A stretch of 62,879 nt of DNA, counting the filler, from Thraustochytrium aureum (Eukaryota), in NCBI GenBank assembly GCA_012862495.1. It is 4 parts of 2 records of this genome, joined end to end, with 100 filler letters (N's around TTAATTAATTAA, not from the genome) between each part and the next. Parts side by side here need not be neighbours in the genome. Positions count along the whole stretch, not along the records: positions 29,675 to 48,398 come from BLSG01000114.1; 3 more parts are not named here. One strand, 5' to 3'. Below, piece by piece: positions 35,549-48,498 of the stretch. The translations under genes were made by a program, and so were the position numbers. How positions within the stretch are numbered: position 1 is the stretch's first letter; the number at the start of each line of letters is the position of its first letter. The notes under the pieces are model-generated. The model searched no databases. It was not told the origin of the DNA and saw only the letters and a list, made by a program, of their open reading frames with translations.

Positions 35549-35861
35549 CCTTCCTTCTTTGGGGGCCTTTGGGTGGAAGGCTCGGTGCGAGGGGAGTGGT
35601 GGTGCGGGGACTTCTACGCCGGTCCCGACGTCCGAGCGGCGACTCTTTCACCCTGCTTAGTTAGACCTTTGATGACCTCCCAATGGGCTTGGGAAGATCG
35701 CTGTTGGCTGGCGGCGATGATTGCGCTGAGGCACGCGAGAAAAAGGGTTGTGCGCAACAAGAAATCCACCATGGACATGTACAGAAATTTTCCTCTTGCG
35801 TTTAATTAACAAAGAAGGGTCGCCGGAGCGCCGCCGTGCCGGACAGATCGCGCAACCTGCG

Positions 35862-38800
35862 TCACATGGCGGTCTCAAAGTCTGCTTTTGAACCGAACGT
35901 TGCCGCTCGCATCTTGGCCGCGTGCACAAGCTCCTCGTTCGCGTGAGCCACGACGGCAAACACGCCAGCCGCCTTGGCCTGCAAGTCAGGGTGGAATGCG
36001 GCCCAGCGGTCGGGATGCCACTCGAGCGACGCCTTGCGGTATGCACGGCGGACCTCTGCCCAAGTTGCATTCTCGCTCACATCAAGCACCTGATGGGGGT
36101 CCATCTCTGAGGAGGGGAGGTTGACCGCGGACATCAGCTTGGCCGGCCCTGGCTTGACACGAACAAGCAAGCCCATCGGCGCCAGGAAACCGTTGCTGGC
36201 CAACTCGACGCCCATGCTCTCGAGCTGCTTGGCGCAGATCTTGGACCAAGTCAAGGTCGACCACGGCGGTGGGAGCCGATGCAGCAGGTCCGCCGCGCTC
36301 CGCTCAGAACCCGGCTCGCGAGTGCGGAGCCCACCACCTGCACCAAACGCAGGGCACTGGAGGCGCATGGGGCCCATTGAGCAGGTGTACATCGCCCGGA
36401 GCAGCGCGTCGAGGTTGCGCGCGACTTCCAGAGGCAAGGTGGCAGGCGTAAGCGAGGCTGGGGGACTGCGCCCTGATCGTGAGCTCGAGGTCGCCAAATA
36501 CCTCCTCGATCGTCAGCGACTCGAACACGGCCTCAAAGGGCTCAATAGGCGCCATGGGGTCGGGCGAGCTATGGGGGTTCTCCAGGTCCTGCGGCTCGCA
36601 CTCGCTGGGCGGTGTAACACGGAGCGGCGGCTGGAGCTCCGCGGAAGTGTTGCCTGTGAGCCCCCCCTGGAAAGCGTGCTTTGCGCCGTGCTCGCGAAGG
36701 GACGCGACCAGCCGCACGTGGTGCCCTGCCCCGAGAACGTCCGAACCGATAGGAAACAGGAACTGGTCAAGAGCCTGCACAACGATGGGGCCCAAAGTGT
36801 CGCCAGACTTGAACACGCCAGCAAGACGATCGACGAGGTCAACGCTGCGCTTGATGACGAGGTGCGTTGGTTCGGAGACGGCTTGCCGGCAGCGCAGGAC
36901 GGCTTCTGGCGTGATTCTAGCCGGCTTTGACTCAAACTCGTTCTGTAGGGCAAAGTGCAGGCATTTGTGCGGCGCGTCGCTTGTTGCGCCTGCGCAGAGC
37001 AGCGGCGCATCGCCATCGGCGAGGCGCTGCTCGAGCAAATATCGAGCGCACCTTGCGGGGTGGGCAGTGACCGACGCAGAGCACACAGAGCCAATGACTC
37101 TCGGCGAGAAGGCCCCCCGATCCAGATCGAGCTCTGAGGCGCACCATGCCACCGATGGCGTCGCATCGACGCGGCACAGAGCAACGCGCTCGACGTTACT
37201 CCACTCGTGGGGCGCATCTTGAAAGCACTGCGCGCTGTCCGCCGGGGACCGGCCAGAGCAGAGCCTGGCAAGCAAGCCCGCCTGAACCCTCAAAGAGCCG
37301 CCCAACTGCTTCGACGCACGCCGCGGCGGCCGCTGCGCCCCCAGTCCCGCCATGGGAGCACAGCGCAACTTTATCCGCAAGCCGGAGCCCGGGATGCTGT
37401 TCGAGCTGTGCAAGGCAATCCACACGGCTGTCCGTTTCACCGTGCACCCCGCGGCAGGCGTCTGCGGTGGTTGCCTCGTCAAAAGAGAGGAGAGACCGTG
37501 CTACCTTCCTCGCGCAGTTGACCGGTTCTGCGGGCTCTGCTCGCTCCCTGTCTGTGTCAGCGCAGAGGCGGACGACAGCGTCAGCGCTCTCCCATGATAG
37601 ACTGGCCGCAGCCGACAAGCACTGTGGGCCGACGAGCGCGCGGCCAGGACGTGCTGCCTTGCAGAGCCCCAGGACTTGGGCGTCTGTCATTGTGCTTGGG
37701 GCAACGCGCGCGCACGTTCCCGGGTCCCCTGACAAAACGCGTGTGCACAAATCAGCCAGAACGCCGGCACCGAGGGGCTCTGTTCGTCGTAGGGCCTGTT
37801 GGACGCATTCTACAACCGCCAGCGGCCGCTCTGCTGCGCCGCAAAGGGCGACAGCCTCGTCATAGGCGTAGTCGTTCGCAACGAGACTGCGCAAGCACAC
37901 CACGGCGTCGGAACTTTGGGGCTCGCGGGCATTTTTGCAGAGCTCAATCACTTGGTCGGGCCTCGGAGACGGGAGGGGCCCTCCGTCGGCCTTGCTGAGG
38001 CCATCGTCGTCGTCGCCAACGAGTTCGGCATAGCATTGAGCTGGTCCGAGGTCAACGGCACCCTGGCATAGGCGCGCCGTGTGAGCCCCACTAAGACCGG
38101 CCAAACGGTCTACTGTCTGCGCGCAAGCCAGCGCAGCGCTCGGACTCGGGCCGGAGCAGAGGGTTTCAGCCTCCGCACGGCCGCTGCCAGCAAACGGGGC
38201 CCCAACAACGCACTCTAGCGCCTCGGTCACGTTTGCGGCCGCCCAGCAAAGCGTTCGCGCCGCTTGGTACTGCGCAGAGTGCATTTCGACAACGCCACGT
38301 GACATAGTGACCCGCAGGTATTGCTCAAGGCAGCTGGCAACGCTCGCGCCGCCTGGAGCCCCGGTGCACAGGTCGAGCGCAACCGCGGCTCCATCGGGCC
38401 CGAGCTTGCCCCGCGATGCGAGCGACCTCGCACTGTTCCAGCACTGAAGCGGCTCGCTGGTCTGGCCTGTCTGCGCGTCTCGCGAGGCGCATAGCTTGAC
38501 AACCTGCGTTGGAGCAAGCGCTTGCGCTGGCTGAGACAAAATCCTCCTGGCGCACTCACCGCTGTAGGCAGTGCGGGCGCCGCCACACAGCGAAGCAATC
38601 TCGGTGGGCGAGAGCCTGCCCGGTAGGCGTTTCAATGCTGCGACGCACTCTGCCGGGGCGCTGCAGCTGTCGGGGCTCGCGCCGCGGCAGAGCTTGGGAA
38701 AGAGTCCAGCGCCGGCAAGCGACGCATAGTCGCTTGCCGGCAAGGTTCGTTCAAGACGACGCAGGCAGCACATCGCGATGACGGGATCGTTGTCTTGCGC

Positions 38801-40224
38801 ATTTGCGCAAGCCTCGGCAGCTTGCTTCGCTCCGATCGCGAGGGTTTTCAAGGCGAACCCGAAACACGTTGGCGCACCAAGGTCGCTCGCATGGCGGCAG
38901 ACGGACGCGAGGTCGTCCGCCAGAGCGGTGGCCGAGTTCCAGGCGCCCGGAGTCGACCGCGCGAGCGTTTTGGAGAGTGACGCAAAGCAGGCAGTGCGCT
39001 GCTCCGTTGAAACCAAGGGAGAAGACTCTTGGTGGCTGCGGCACAGCATGATTGCGGCGTCCAGCAAGGCCCGGAGCACTGGGCCAGGCATTGCGTGCTG
39101 CCGCGATAAAAGCGAGCGTATCGGCTGCATGCACTTGGCGCGCTGAAGCCCATGGCTGTCGAGGCGGCTGTACGAGCCGCTTGCGGCGCACAATCGAAGG
39201 ACGGCATTGAGAGGCATCGGGGAGGTCCCCTTTGAGAGCTCCTTGGCACATTTTGCGGGGCCGGTCTCGCGATCGACAGGCTGACCGTCGGCGGTCGACA
39301 AGGATGCAGAAGCCCTGGCCTTCACCGGAACAATCACGGTGCCGTTGCAGAGGGCAACACGGGACTCCACCGGGATTGAAGACGGGCTGCTTTTGATGCA
39401 CCTCATCCGGTCCGCAATCGAGTCCCCCTCGAGCACCCCCGCGCATGCCCAGGCCTTGACCTGCGGGTGGGCATTTGCCGCAAAGTCGGCCTTGTTGAAG
39501 CACAGCGCTGGAGCGGCCGAGCCGGCGCCAGAGCACAGCGTGCGCGCAAGGACCGCGAATTCAGGAGCGGAGAGCTCGATACCCTTGAAAGAACGCTCAA
39601 AGGCTCCGGGGCGCAAAAGAGCTGCCACGCAATGCCCAGGCCCCTCCGAGGTGGAACCTGCGCATGCAGCGACGCAAGCGGGAGCCTCGACGCCGAAACG
39701 CGAGCTCCGCGGGCACTTGGCCGCGCATTCGCCCGCTGCCGCATCTGTAGCCGGGGCACAGATTTCTACGACGTCGGCAAATTCGAGGGCTGGATTGCCT
39801 CTTGCGCTCGCCGCGCACGCGACCGGGGCGACGCTGTTTCCCTGGCTGCACAGGTCGATGGCCCGGCCAACGGCAAGGCCAAGGGTTTGCCGGGCAGAGC
39901 GAAAACACTCTGCGACGTGCATCGCGTCGTTCGCGTGGTACTTTGCCCCTCCCGTCTCGCGGCAAAGACGCGCGACGTCGGCTTGCGCCACCGCCATGTC
40001 CTCAAATGCCTTTGCGCACCGCGCCGGCATGCTGCTTCGAGCCCCGGCGCACAGCATGGTAGCGGCCTCCGGGTCCCACTTGAACTCTATCGCTTGCATG
40101 CATCCCATCACCGCTTCCAGGCGTCCGCGTTCGCCCCGCACAGCTTCACCGCCTGGCCGTGGCTCACCCTGGCACGGAGCTCGGCGTAGCACATGACCGG
40201 CCCTACCTCTGCACCCGCCGCCTC
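35862..40224 (-). CDS. Giant Cys-rich repeat protein with C-terminal DnaJ (J) domain; 5' end in or beyond the gap at 40225
   Basis: Many imperfect repeats of A-x-x-L-C-x-G-A-x(3-5)-P-x-x-C continue through frames 37196-40114 and 36304-37482. The last frame ends in DPHQVLDVSENATWAEVRRAYRKASLEWHPDRW (HPD motif). Joining needs frameshifts near 40115, 37250 and 36450. Confidence 0.7.
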
Positions 40225-41396
40225 NNNNNNNNNNNNNNNNNNNNNNNNNNNNNNNNNNNNNNNNNNNNNNNNNNNNNNNNNNNNNNNNNNNNNNNNNNNN
40301 NNNNNNNNNNNNNNNNNNNNNNNNNNNNNNNNNNNNNNNNNNNNNNNNNNNNNNNNNNNNNNNNNNNNNNNNNNNNNNNNNNNNNNNNNNNNNNNNNNNN
40401 NNNNNNNNNNNNNNNNNNNNNNNNNNNNNNNNNNNNNNNNNNNNNNNNNNNNNNNNNNNNNNNNNNNNNNNNNNNNNNNNNNNNNNNNNNNNNNNNNNNN
40501 NNNNNNNNNNNNNNNNNNNNNNNNNNNNNNNNNNNNNNNNNNNNNNNNNNNNNNNNNNNNNNNNNNNNNNNNNNNNNNNNNNNNNNNNNNNNNNNNNNNN
40601 NNNNNNNNNNNNNNNNNNNNNNNNNNNNNNNNNNNNNNNNNNNNNNNNNNNNNNNNNNNNNNNNNNNNNNNNNNNNNNNNNNNNNNNNNNNNNNNNNNNN
40701 NNNNNNNNNNNNNNNNNNNNNGATCGGGGAAGATTATCTAGCAAATAGGTGCGTTCCCACGCGGGCCAGTAGCTCCGGGAACGCGAGACCTACTCCGGGA
40801 ACGCCCCCGGGTGCAGGATCCCACTTTTGTGTCAACCTAACCTAACGGTCGTTTCAGTCAGGGTGCCGCGCGCGAGCGAAACAGCGTGGAAGCGAGCGCC
40901 GACCGCGCCGCGAAGGGGCTGCAGTGCTGGCTGGCTGGCTGGCTGACTGGCGGACGGGGAGGAAGGGCTTGCTGCCCTCGTTTTGGTCGACGCTCTTCCG
41001 CTCGGCCCTGCCGGCCCTCGATGGCACGCACGCCTGCAGAACAGCTCTGGAAGAGCGAGCGCTCGGCCCGTGCTGGTCGTAACGGTAACTCTTCTTGGGG
41101 CATGCCAGGGCGGCGCTAGCCGCGATACGGCGCTTTATGATTCGACGTTTAGCTGTCGCACTGTGGTTGATTTCATCGAGAGTACGTACGAAGCGCGGCC
41201 GATTGCGCCAAGCTCGAGCGCTGCCACGCGGCAGAGCCTTGTCGTCGCCCGAGCGTGCGCGCCGGGCAGAGCCGACCCAGCGAACGCCTTGCTTGAGCGC
41301 GCTCCCGCGGGCGAGTAGAGCCGAAGCGGACCGGACGTTCGGTGGCGAGCCGCTAGTTCGCGTGCGCGCGGTCGGCCGGCCCAGGTGTGGAGCGAC

Positions 41397-42381
41397 ATGG
41401 TGACCGTCTACGAGGAGCCCGTGAAGCGGCGGTACCAGGCGCCGCTGTGCTCGCTGTCGTGCTGCTTCAACCTGGCCGTGCTGGTCGGGATGATCCTGGT
41501 TCCGTTTTATGTAGCGTTTTCTTCGCGGAACTTTTGGCTGAAGACAAACGTGCTCTACGAGCAGCCCACCGTGGTGTTCTCGTACGACGTTTTGGTCGTG
41601 TTGCAAGGGACGTCTGGCGAGGGCAACCAAGCGCGTGTCGAGACCTGGGCCTGGGGCCACACGGCCCGAGATCCAGGACGTGTACGAGCCCTATCTGCGC
41701 GCCGCGGTGGTTCGCGCATGGCCAACTGACACCAACCTGGACGGGACCGCAGACGAGTGGACGGTAACGATGCAAATGCCTCTTGATGCCGGCGAGCGGG
41801 TCCACCAGGTCCAAGCTCTCGCCTTTTTCGACTATTCGCTTACTGGCGCTGCGGCTCTCAACATGGACGGCGTTGCATACTTGGAACACGCAAGCCCTCT
41901 GCCCGGCGACGGCCTGCTCATTGACGGCGAGGCCCGCCTTCGGCAGCGGCGGCCACTTTCGGTCCGTCGCGAGAATGCGCACCCAGAGTTGCGTTTCGCG
42001 AGGGGCCCGCTGCCGTCCTCGATGCAGGCCTACAGCGTTGGGGGCATCCTGGCGAGCTACTCGAGGCGAAACTTCACAATGGAGCTCGGCAATCAGTACA
42101 AGGTGTGGTCCACCGCCAAGTCCATGGACACTTTTGCGCGGACGGCGGGTAGCTTCGCGGTCAACTTCACCATGCGCATTCCAACAGAGGAGATCGTCTA
42201 CACACCAGACGTGGCCGAGGTGCTCAAGGCAGCGTGGATCCAGTACTTTAGCATCGGGGCCCTGTTCTTCGTGCTCTTCACCATCCTCAAGAGCTTTGTG
42301 TTTGCAAACCAGGTCTTGGAAACTGTAGTGACGCGTGAGGGTCGCACGCAGAACTCCCGTATCACGCAGCATAGGTTTTAG
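41397..42381 (+). CDS. TMEM231: Transmembrane protein 231 (ciliary transition zone, MKS complex)
   Basis: MVTVYEEPVKRRYQAP..FWLKTNVLYEQPTV at the start and YTPDVAEVLKAAWIQYFS..FVFANQVLET at the end. One extra G in the run at 41653-41656 splits the ORF. Confidence 0.9.
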
Positions 42382-42577
42382 AAGGAAGGAAACAAACAAA
42401 AAAAGACGAGCGCCTGCGGCCCGAACATGCTGGTCAAGAACCTGGTGCGCGTAGGGCGCGCCAGGCATACCGGAAGCAGGAGGCTCGAGGAGGGGGCAAG
42501 GCGGGAGAGGTCGGAAACACGCAACACAAAAGAAAAGGAGCAGCAACGCGAAGGGAATATGATAAGCCGCAAGCGTT

Positions 42578-43218
42578 CTAACCGCCACGGCCAAAGCCAC
42601 CCTCACGGCGGTAGCCGCCATCGCCACCGCCGTTGCCGCGGCCAAAGCCGCCACGCTCACCCTGGTACCGCGGGGCAAAGTCGCGGCCAGCACCACCGTC
42701 CTTGCCGCCAAAGCCACGGTCGCCGCCAAAGCCGCGGTCGCCGCCAAAGCGGCCGTCCTGGTTGGAAGCACCCGGGCGGGCAGCAGCGATCTGCGGCTTC
42801 TTGTGCGTCTGCGGCACGATCTCGTCGGGGAGGTGGAGGAACTCACGCAGGTAGGTGATGCCCTCGTCGGTCAGGTAAAAGTACGAGTACTGCCAGCAGA
42901 ACGTTTCCCGGACGTAGCCGCGCGACTTGAGCGACTTCATCACGTACGTCACCTGGAGGTTGGGGATGTTCATGAGCTCATGCTTGGGCAGCTTGGGGTC
43001 CTTCTTGGCCACGAGAACGCCCTCTGCGACGCGCAAACCCACTCGCACCCGTCAGCCGCTATTCCCGCGCCATCGCCATCCTGCCAGCGCGCTCGCCGCG
43101 CTCACCCGGCCGCCTGCCCTGCGCCCGCATCCCACCAGAGCCGCCGCCACCGCCCGCAACGCCCTCGCCGCCGCCGCTACTCACCCTTGAACAGATGGCT
43201 GTACACCGCGACGCGGTT
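42578..43218 (-). CDS. RPS10: 40S ribosomal protein S10 (eS10); exon 43218-43185, intron 43184-43024, exon 43023-42578; start codon in gap
   Basis: Splicing GTGAGT...CGCAG restores [62 protein letters not shown], followed by an RGG-rich tail. Confidence 0.97.
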
Positions 43219-44537
43219 NNNNNNNNNNNNNNNNNNNNNNNNNNNNNNNNNNNNNNNNNNNNNNNNNNNNNNNNNNNNNNNNNNNNNNNNNNNNNNNNNN
43301 NNNNNNNNNNNNNNNNNNNNNNNNNNNNNNNNNNNNNNNNNNNNNNNNNNNNNNNNNNNNNNNNNNNNNNNNNNNNNNNNNNNNNNNNNNNNNNNNNNNN
43401 NNNNNNNNNNNNNNNNNNNNNNNNNNNNNNNNNNNNNNNNNNNNNNNNNNNNNNNNNNNNNNNNNNNNNNNNNNNNNNNNNNNNNNNNNNNNNNNNNNNN
43501 NNNNNNNNNNNNNNNNNNNNNNNNNNNNNNNNNNNNNNNNNNNNNNNNNNNNNNNNNNNNNNNNNNNNNNNNNNNNNNNNNNNNNNNNNNNNNNNNNNNN
43601 NNNNNNNNNNNNNNNNNNNNNNNNNNNNNNNNNNNNNNNNNNNNNNNNNNNNNNNNNNNNNNNNNNNNNNNNNNNNNNNNNNNNNNNNNNNNNNNNNNNN
43701 NNNNNNNNNNNNNNNNNNNNNNNNNNNNNNNNNNNNNNNNNNNNNNNNNNNNNNNNNNNNNNNNNNNNNNNNNNNNNNNNNNNNNNNNNNNNNNNNNNNN
43801 NNNNNNNNNNNNNNNNNNNNNNNNNNNNNNNNNNNNNNNNNNNNNNNNNNNNNNNNNNNNNNNNNNNNNNNNNNNNNNNNNNNNNNNNNNNNNNNNNNNN
43901 NNNNNNNNNNNNNNNNNNNNNNNNNNNNNNNNNNNNNNNNNNNNNNNNNNNNNNNNNNNNNNNNNNNNNNNNNNNNNNNNNNNNNNNNNNNNNNNNNNNN
44001 NNNNNNNNNNNNNNNNNNNNNNNNNNNNNAAGGAGTGCGCTGGTACGTTTGTTTTGCTTGCGCTTGTTTTCGCTTGTTTTCGCAGTCTTGGGTTGCTGCA
44101 GGGCCTGGCATTGATGGACGCTGAGGCTGGCTGTGGCGCTTCCGTTGCCGGTTATCTGGGCCGCGCGTTTGCTGACAGTGCGTTGCGCTTTTCGTGTGGT
44201 GAACAGAGCTCTGGCCGCGTATTGCCTCGAACGCTGGCTCGATCGTCTAAACTGCAAGATTTTGCTTTCCTTTTACCTTTTTTGCGCCTGCATTCTTGTC
44301 TTCATGCCTTGTGCCCTGCCAGCTTTGCAACTCGCGTTGGGTCCGATCGATCAATCGATCTCCGACGCGCACGAATGTGCAAGACCAACTTCGGGCTGCG
44401 GGTTGCCACAGTCGTTGCTCGCGTATCACGCTCTGTGCAGGCTTCAGTAGGAATCTCCTTCGCATCACAGCGGCGCTTCACAATCCACCTAGTCTTGATT
44501 GAAAAACTACCCGAGCGAGCGCGCCCACCACCGGGGA

Positions 44538-47500
44538 TCACCGCGCCAAAAAGGAAGGAACAAATTCGGGCGCTTGCACGGAGAGCGCCTTCGAAGGTGT
44601 CGGCTTGGCCAGCTGGCCAGGGTCCAGCGTTGGTGCCGGCGTCAGCGTCGGCGCAGCCGGTTTCTTCCGGTTCTTGCCCCGAGACGTCTTGCCCTTGAGC
44701 AACCGCTCTGCATCCTTCTCCTGGCGCCGCTGCTCGACAAGGCGCTTCTCCCTCTCCTTGCGTTTCTGATCCCGCAAGGCCTTCGCTTCCCGCTCCAACT
44801 CCTCGCGCGCTTTCGCCTCGGCCTTTGCAGCTTGGGCAACGGCCTGCGCTTTGGCCGCGCTGGCAGACGGCACGGAGCGCGCAACGCGCACGACGGAACA
44901 GCACAAAGCGCTTCGCGCTCACTTTGTGAAAGGCCCTCGGCCGCGCCAGGCAGCACGGGCTGCTTGGCAGGGCACGCAACAAGTCTGGCCCGCGCCGAGA
45001 GAGCGCACCGGTCGCACTTGACGCGCTTGCACTCTGTGCAGTCGAAGCGAATGGCGGCAATGAACGTGTGGCACTCGCAGCAAATCGCGTACGAGTCGGT
45101 GAGCGCCTCGTGCCTCACCACACCAGCCCAGTACGTGCGCAGCCGCTCGGCCAGCTTGAGCATCGCCTTGTACTCGTCGAACGCGCCGTCGGCGCCGTAA
45201 ATGCCGACGGCGCTGACCTTTACCTTTTTGCCGAGCGCGGCGCCCAGCTTGAGTTTTGTGAGCGCGAACACGACAGCCACGCCGTCCTCGCCCCGCTCCA
45301 GCTCGTCGCTCGTAGGCCTGCACTTATCGATCATGCCCTTCACCATGTCGTCGATGCCGCCATCAACAAGCCCAGAGCCTTGCTCTATGTTTGGCGCCAC
45401 GATGATGCACCTGCACCGCCTGCTACGCACACCTCGCACGACCTCCCGGAACCCCAAAACGAGCCGCCTGCGCATCTTCGCTTTTATAGGGTCCTTCATG
45501 CGGAGCCGCTCTTGGAGCTCCATGAGCCGCGAGAGCATTCTTGTCACCGTGCCGTCCAGTTCGGCGCTCAGGGCCTGGCCACGTACTCGCGCACGGGCAG
45601 ATCGTTGCCTACGCGCTTGCGGATCAACTCGCCTGCCGCTTTGCCATCCCGCACAGGGCGGAGCGCCTCGTCCACCAGTCGCTTTGGGGCCACCGCGACG
45701 CCAAAAAAGATCGGCGAGAAGCACTCTGCGTCCCAAAGCTCGCGGTTTGTGAGAGCTCGGACTAGAGCGCTGGTCTGGTCTGCGGCGCTCGTCGCGGCAG
45801 AAATGTCCTCGTCGTCCCCTTCTTCGCCAGAGCTGCTTTGCTCGTCAGAGTTGGATTGGTCCCCCGATTCTGCGTCTTCGACATTGCAAGTGCTTTGTTG
45901 GTCGCCGCCGCTCGCGGCATCCTCACCGTCGCTGCTGCCGTTCGCGCCGTCCTCGTGCGCCCCAAACGAGTGATCGGGCTCGCCGAGCTTTGCTGCTTCC
46001 TCACCGTCGCTGCTGCCGTTCGCGCCGTCCTCGAGCGTCCCAAACGAGTGATCGGGCTCGCCGAGCTTTGCTGTGTCGCGTCCATCCTGTTCAAAACGGA
46101 CTTGCGCGGGCAAAGTGTTTCTTGGCGAACACTCAGCAAGGGCACTCTCTTGGGCGCTGCAGCTGCTCGCCGCGTCGGGAGAGGCAGCGCCTTCTGCTTG
46201 AGCAGAGCCGCTCTCGACCTCTTCCCCTTCCCCTTCCTCATCGACGTCTTCCTCTTCCTCGTCACCGTCCGTGCCAGAGGTCTCTGTTCCCTCGTAGTCG
46301 GTGTCACGTTCGGCGTGGTGCTGCATCCTGTCGCCGGGTTCGCCGCCAAGCCCAGCTNNNNNNNNNNNNNNNNNNNNNNNNNNNNNNNNNNNNNNNNNNN
46401 NNNNNNNNNNNNNNNNNNNNNNNNNNNNNNNNNNNNNNNNNNNNNNNNNNNNNNNNNNNNNNNNNNNNNNNNNNNNNNNNNNNNNNNNNNNNNNNNNNNN
46501 NNNNNNNNNNNNNNNNNNNNNNNNNNNNNNNNNNNNNNNNNNNNNNNNNNNNNNNNNNNNNNNNNNNNNNNNNNNNNNNNNNNNNNNNNNNNNNNNNNNN
46601 NNNNNNNNNNNNNNNNNNNNNNNNNNNNNNNNNNNNNNNNNNNNNNNNNNNNNNNNNNNNNNNNNNNNNNNNNNNNNNNNNNNNNNNNNNNNNNNNNNNN
46701 NNNNNNNNNNNNNNNNNNNNNNNNNNNNNNNNNNNNNNNNNNNNNNNNNNNNNNNNNNNNNNNNNNNNNNNNNNNNNNNNNNNNNNNNNNNNNNNNNNNN
46801 NNNNNNNNNNNNNNNNNNNNNNNNTAATCAAGCATCGCAGGGTGGACCTGCAGCGGGATCGGCTGGATGTCCGGCCGAAGGAGATACCATCGGAGGGCGC
46901 GCTCGCGAAGCAGGGACTTTTTCAGCGTACTTGTGCGTTTTCGCTTGCTTGCGCCTGGGGCGCGCGTCTTGCCTTTGCGCACCATCAGCGAGACCCGTCC
47001 GTCTAGTTGGTTTGGGTTCGCTTGGACCGCCTCCTTTTTGCGAGTGCGAGCCGTGATCTGGGCCCGCTTCGACTGCACTGGTTGCGTGACCCTTCCCGCG
47101 TTTGCCTTTTCTACGTCACGCATCTGTTTGCGCGCCAACGCGTTGCCCACGAAGCCCATCAGCCCGACGTCGCGCGTCGGCATGGGCTTGCCCTTTTTCT
47201 TCGGGCCTGCAACGCCTTTCGCCGACCGGGAGAAGGGAGGCTTGTCCTTGTGCGAGGGGTCTGCTTTGCCGCTCGGCAGCGTTGCGCTCGTTTCGCGCCT
47301 CCCCGCGCGCACGGCGTTCGCCCACTTTCTCGCGCCAGGCGCCGAGGCTTGGCGCGAATCAGCATGCTTGGCCGGCTCGCGCCGCTCCTCGCTGAGACTC
47401 TCAGACTTGAGCTGGCTCTCTCTTGCTGCTTGCCACGCAAGCGCAGGCGGTTCGCCTCGAGGCGGGGCGCCCCACGCAGACGCCGGCGGCTTGCCCCGCG

Positions 47501-47840
47501 GGGCGGCTTTCAAGACAGACAGCCGCGGTCCTTGACTACTAGCAGCCGCGACCAAGCCTTTCGCGTCGCCCTGCGCAGCAGCGGCGCCCCTGCCGCCTCG
47601 CGCGCCTCCGCGCGCTTGCTGCCTCCCTCGCCCTGAGCCAGCGTTACCTATCCCGCGCCCTGCGGCATGAGGGGGCCGCGGCGCGGCGCCGCGGCCGAGG
47701 CTGAGGAGGCCTCGGCCGAGTGGCGCCTGCGACGAGGACTCTCCGCCGCGCGCGGCCTTCACCGCGTTTCCGCGGCGCACGTGCTGCCAGCCGTCGTCTG
47801 CCCCGTTTCCGACCGCATTTGCGTCCTGCGCGCTGCTCAT
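44538..47840 (-). CDS. SECISBP2: SECIS-binding protein 2-like (SBP2/SECISBP2); gap 46358-46823, frameshifts near 45590 and 44900
   Basis: Lys-rich Sec-incorporation-domain-like NQLD..RKGKTR..KRTSTLKKSLLRER; then REYV-x-QALSAELD..LQERLRMKDPIKAKMRRRLVLGFREV and the L7Ae domain IIVAPNIE..VVFALTKLKLGAALGKKVKVSAVGIYGADGA. Confidence 0.88.
45920..46074 (-). repeat. 78-bp coding duplication (AKLGEPDHSFG..EDGANGSSDGE) within SBP2
   Basis: Two near-identical copies, period 78 bp. Confidence 0.9.
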
Positions 47841-48398
47841 CGCGCGTTCTCGATGCCTGGCGCTGCGCCGCGACTGGGGTCTCCTCGGCCTTCCGCGAGC
47901 AAGCCTTGGGACCCCTTCCGCACCTGCCTTTTTCCTTGTATTTTTCCTCGTATTTTTTCCCGAGTGATGGATGCCCGCCCTTGCCGCCGCCGCGCGAGCG
48001 CCACGCGAGCGCCGCGCGAGCGACTGTGGAAATCGGGGCGCTCGGCTCGCGACGGCGGGTGCTGTCGACGGGCTGTAGCTCTCGTGGGCTGACAACATGA
48101 TCGCGCTGGTGGGTGCCTGCGAGAGCGGGAGACACGAAAAGGTAGTTTGTCTTCTCTGGTCGTTGTTCGTTCTGTTGCTTGGCTGGGCTTGTGCTTGCGC
48201 GCTGTGCCCGCCTCCGAGCCCTTGCCAGACGCGGCGGAAGACAGACGCAGGCGGAGCAGGCCTATGCTAGGCTGGAGCTTGGGCACTCGCTGGAGAGGCC
48301 CGCGCAGTGCCTTGGCCGCGGTCGGGTCGGTTCTTGCAGCCACACTGCGCTGGCGCCGCGAGCAGTACTTGGACAGTTGCATCGCTCGAATTATTGCT

Positions 48399-48498
48399 NN
48401 NNNNNNNNNNNNNNNNNNNNNNNNNNNNNNNNNNNNNNNNNNTTAATTAATTAANNNNNNNNNNNNNNNNNNNNNNNNNNNNNNNNNNNNNNNNNNNN
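48399..48498. other. Artificial scaffold linker N44-TTAATTAATTAA-N44
   Basis: Same 100-bp structure as at 29575 and 61380. Confidence 0.97.

Noticed and set aside
45568..45570. TGA in the SBP2 frame as a selenocysteine codon
   Set aside because: The conserved sequence continues in a different frame (REYV-x-QALSAELD), so an indel explains it, not readthrough. No other convincing Sec-TGA was seen.
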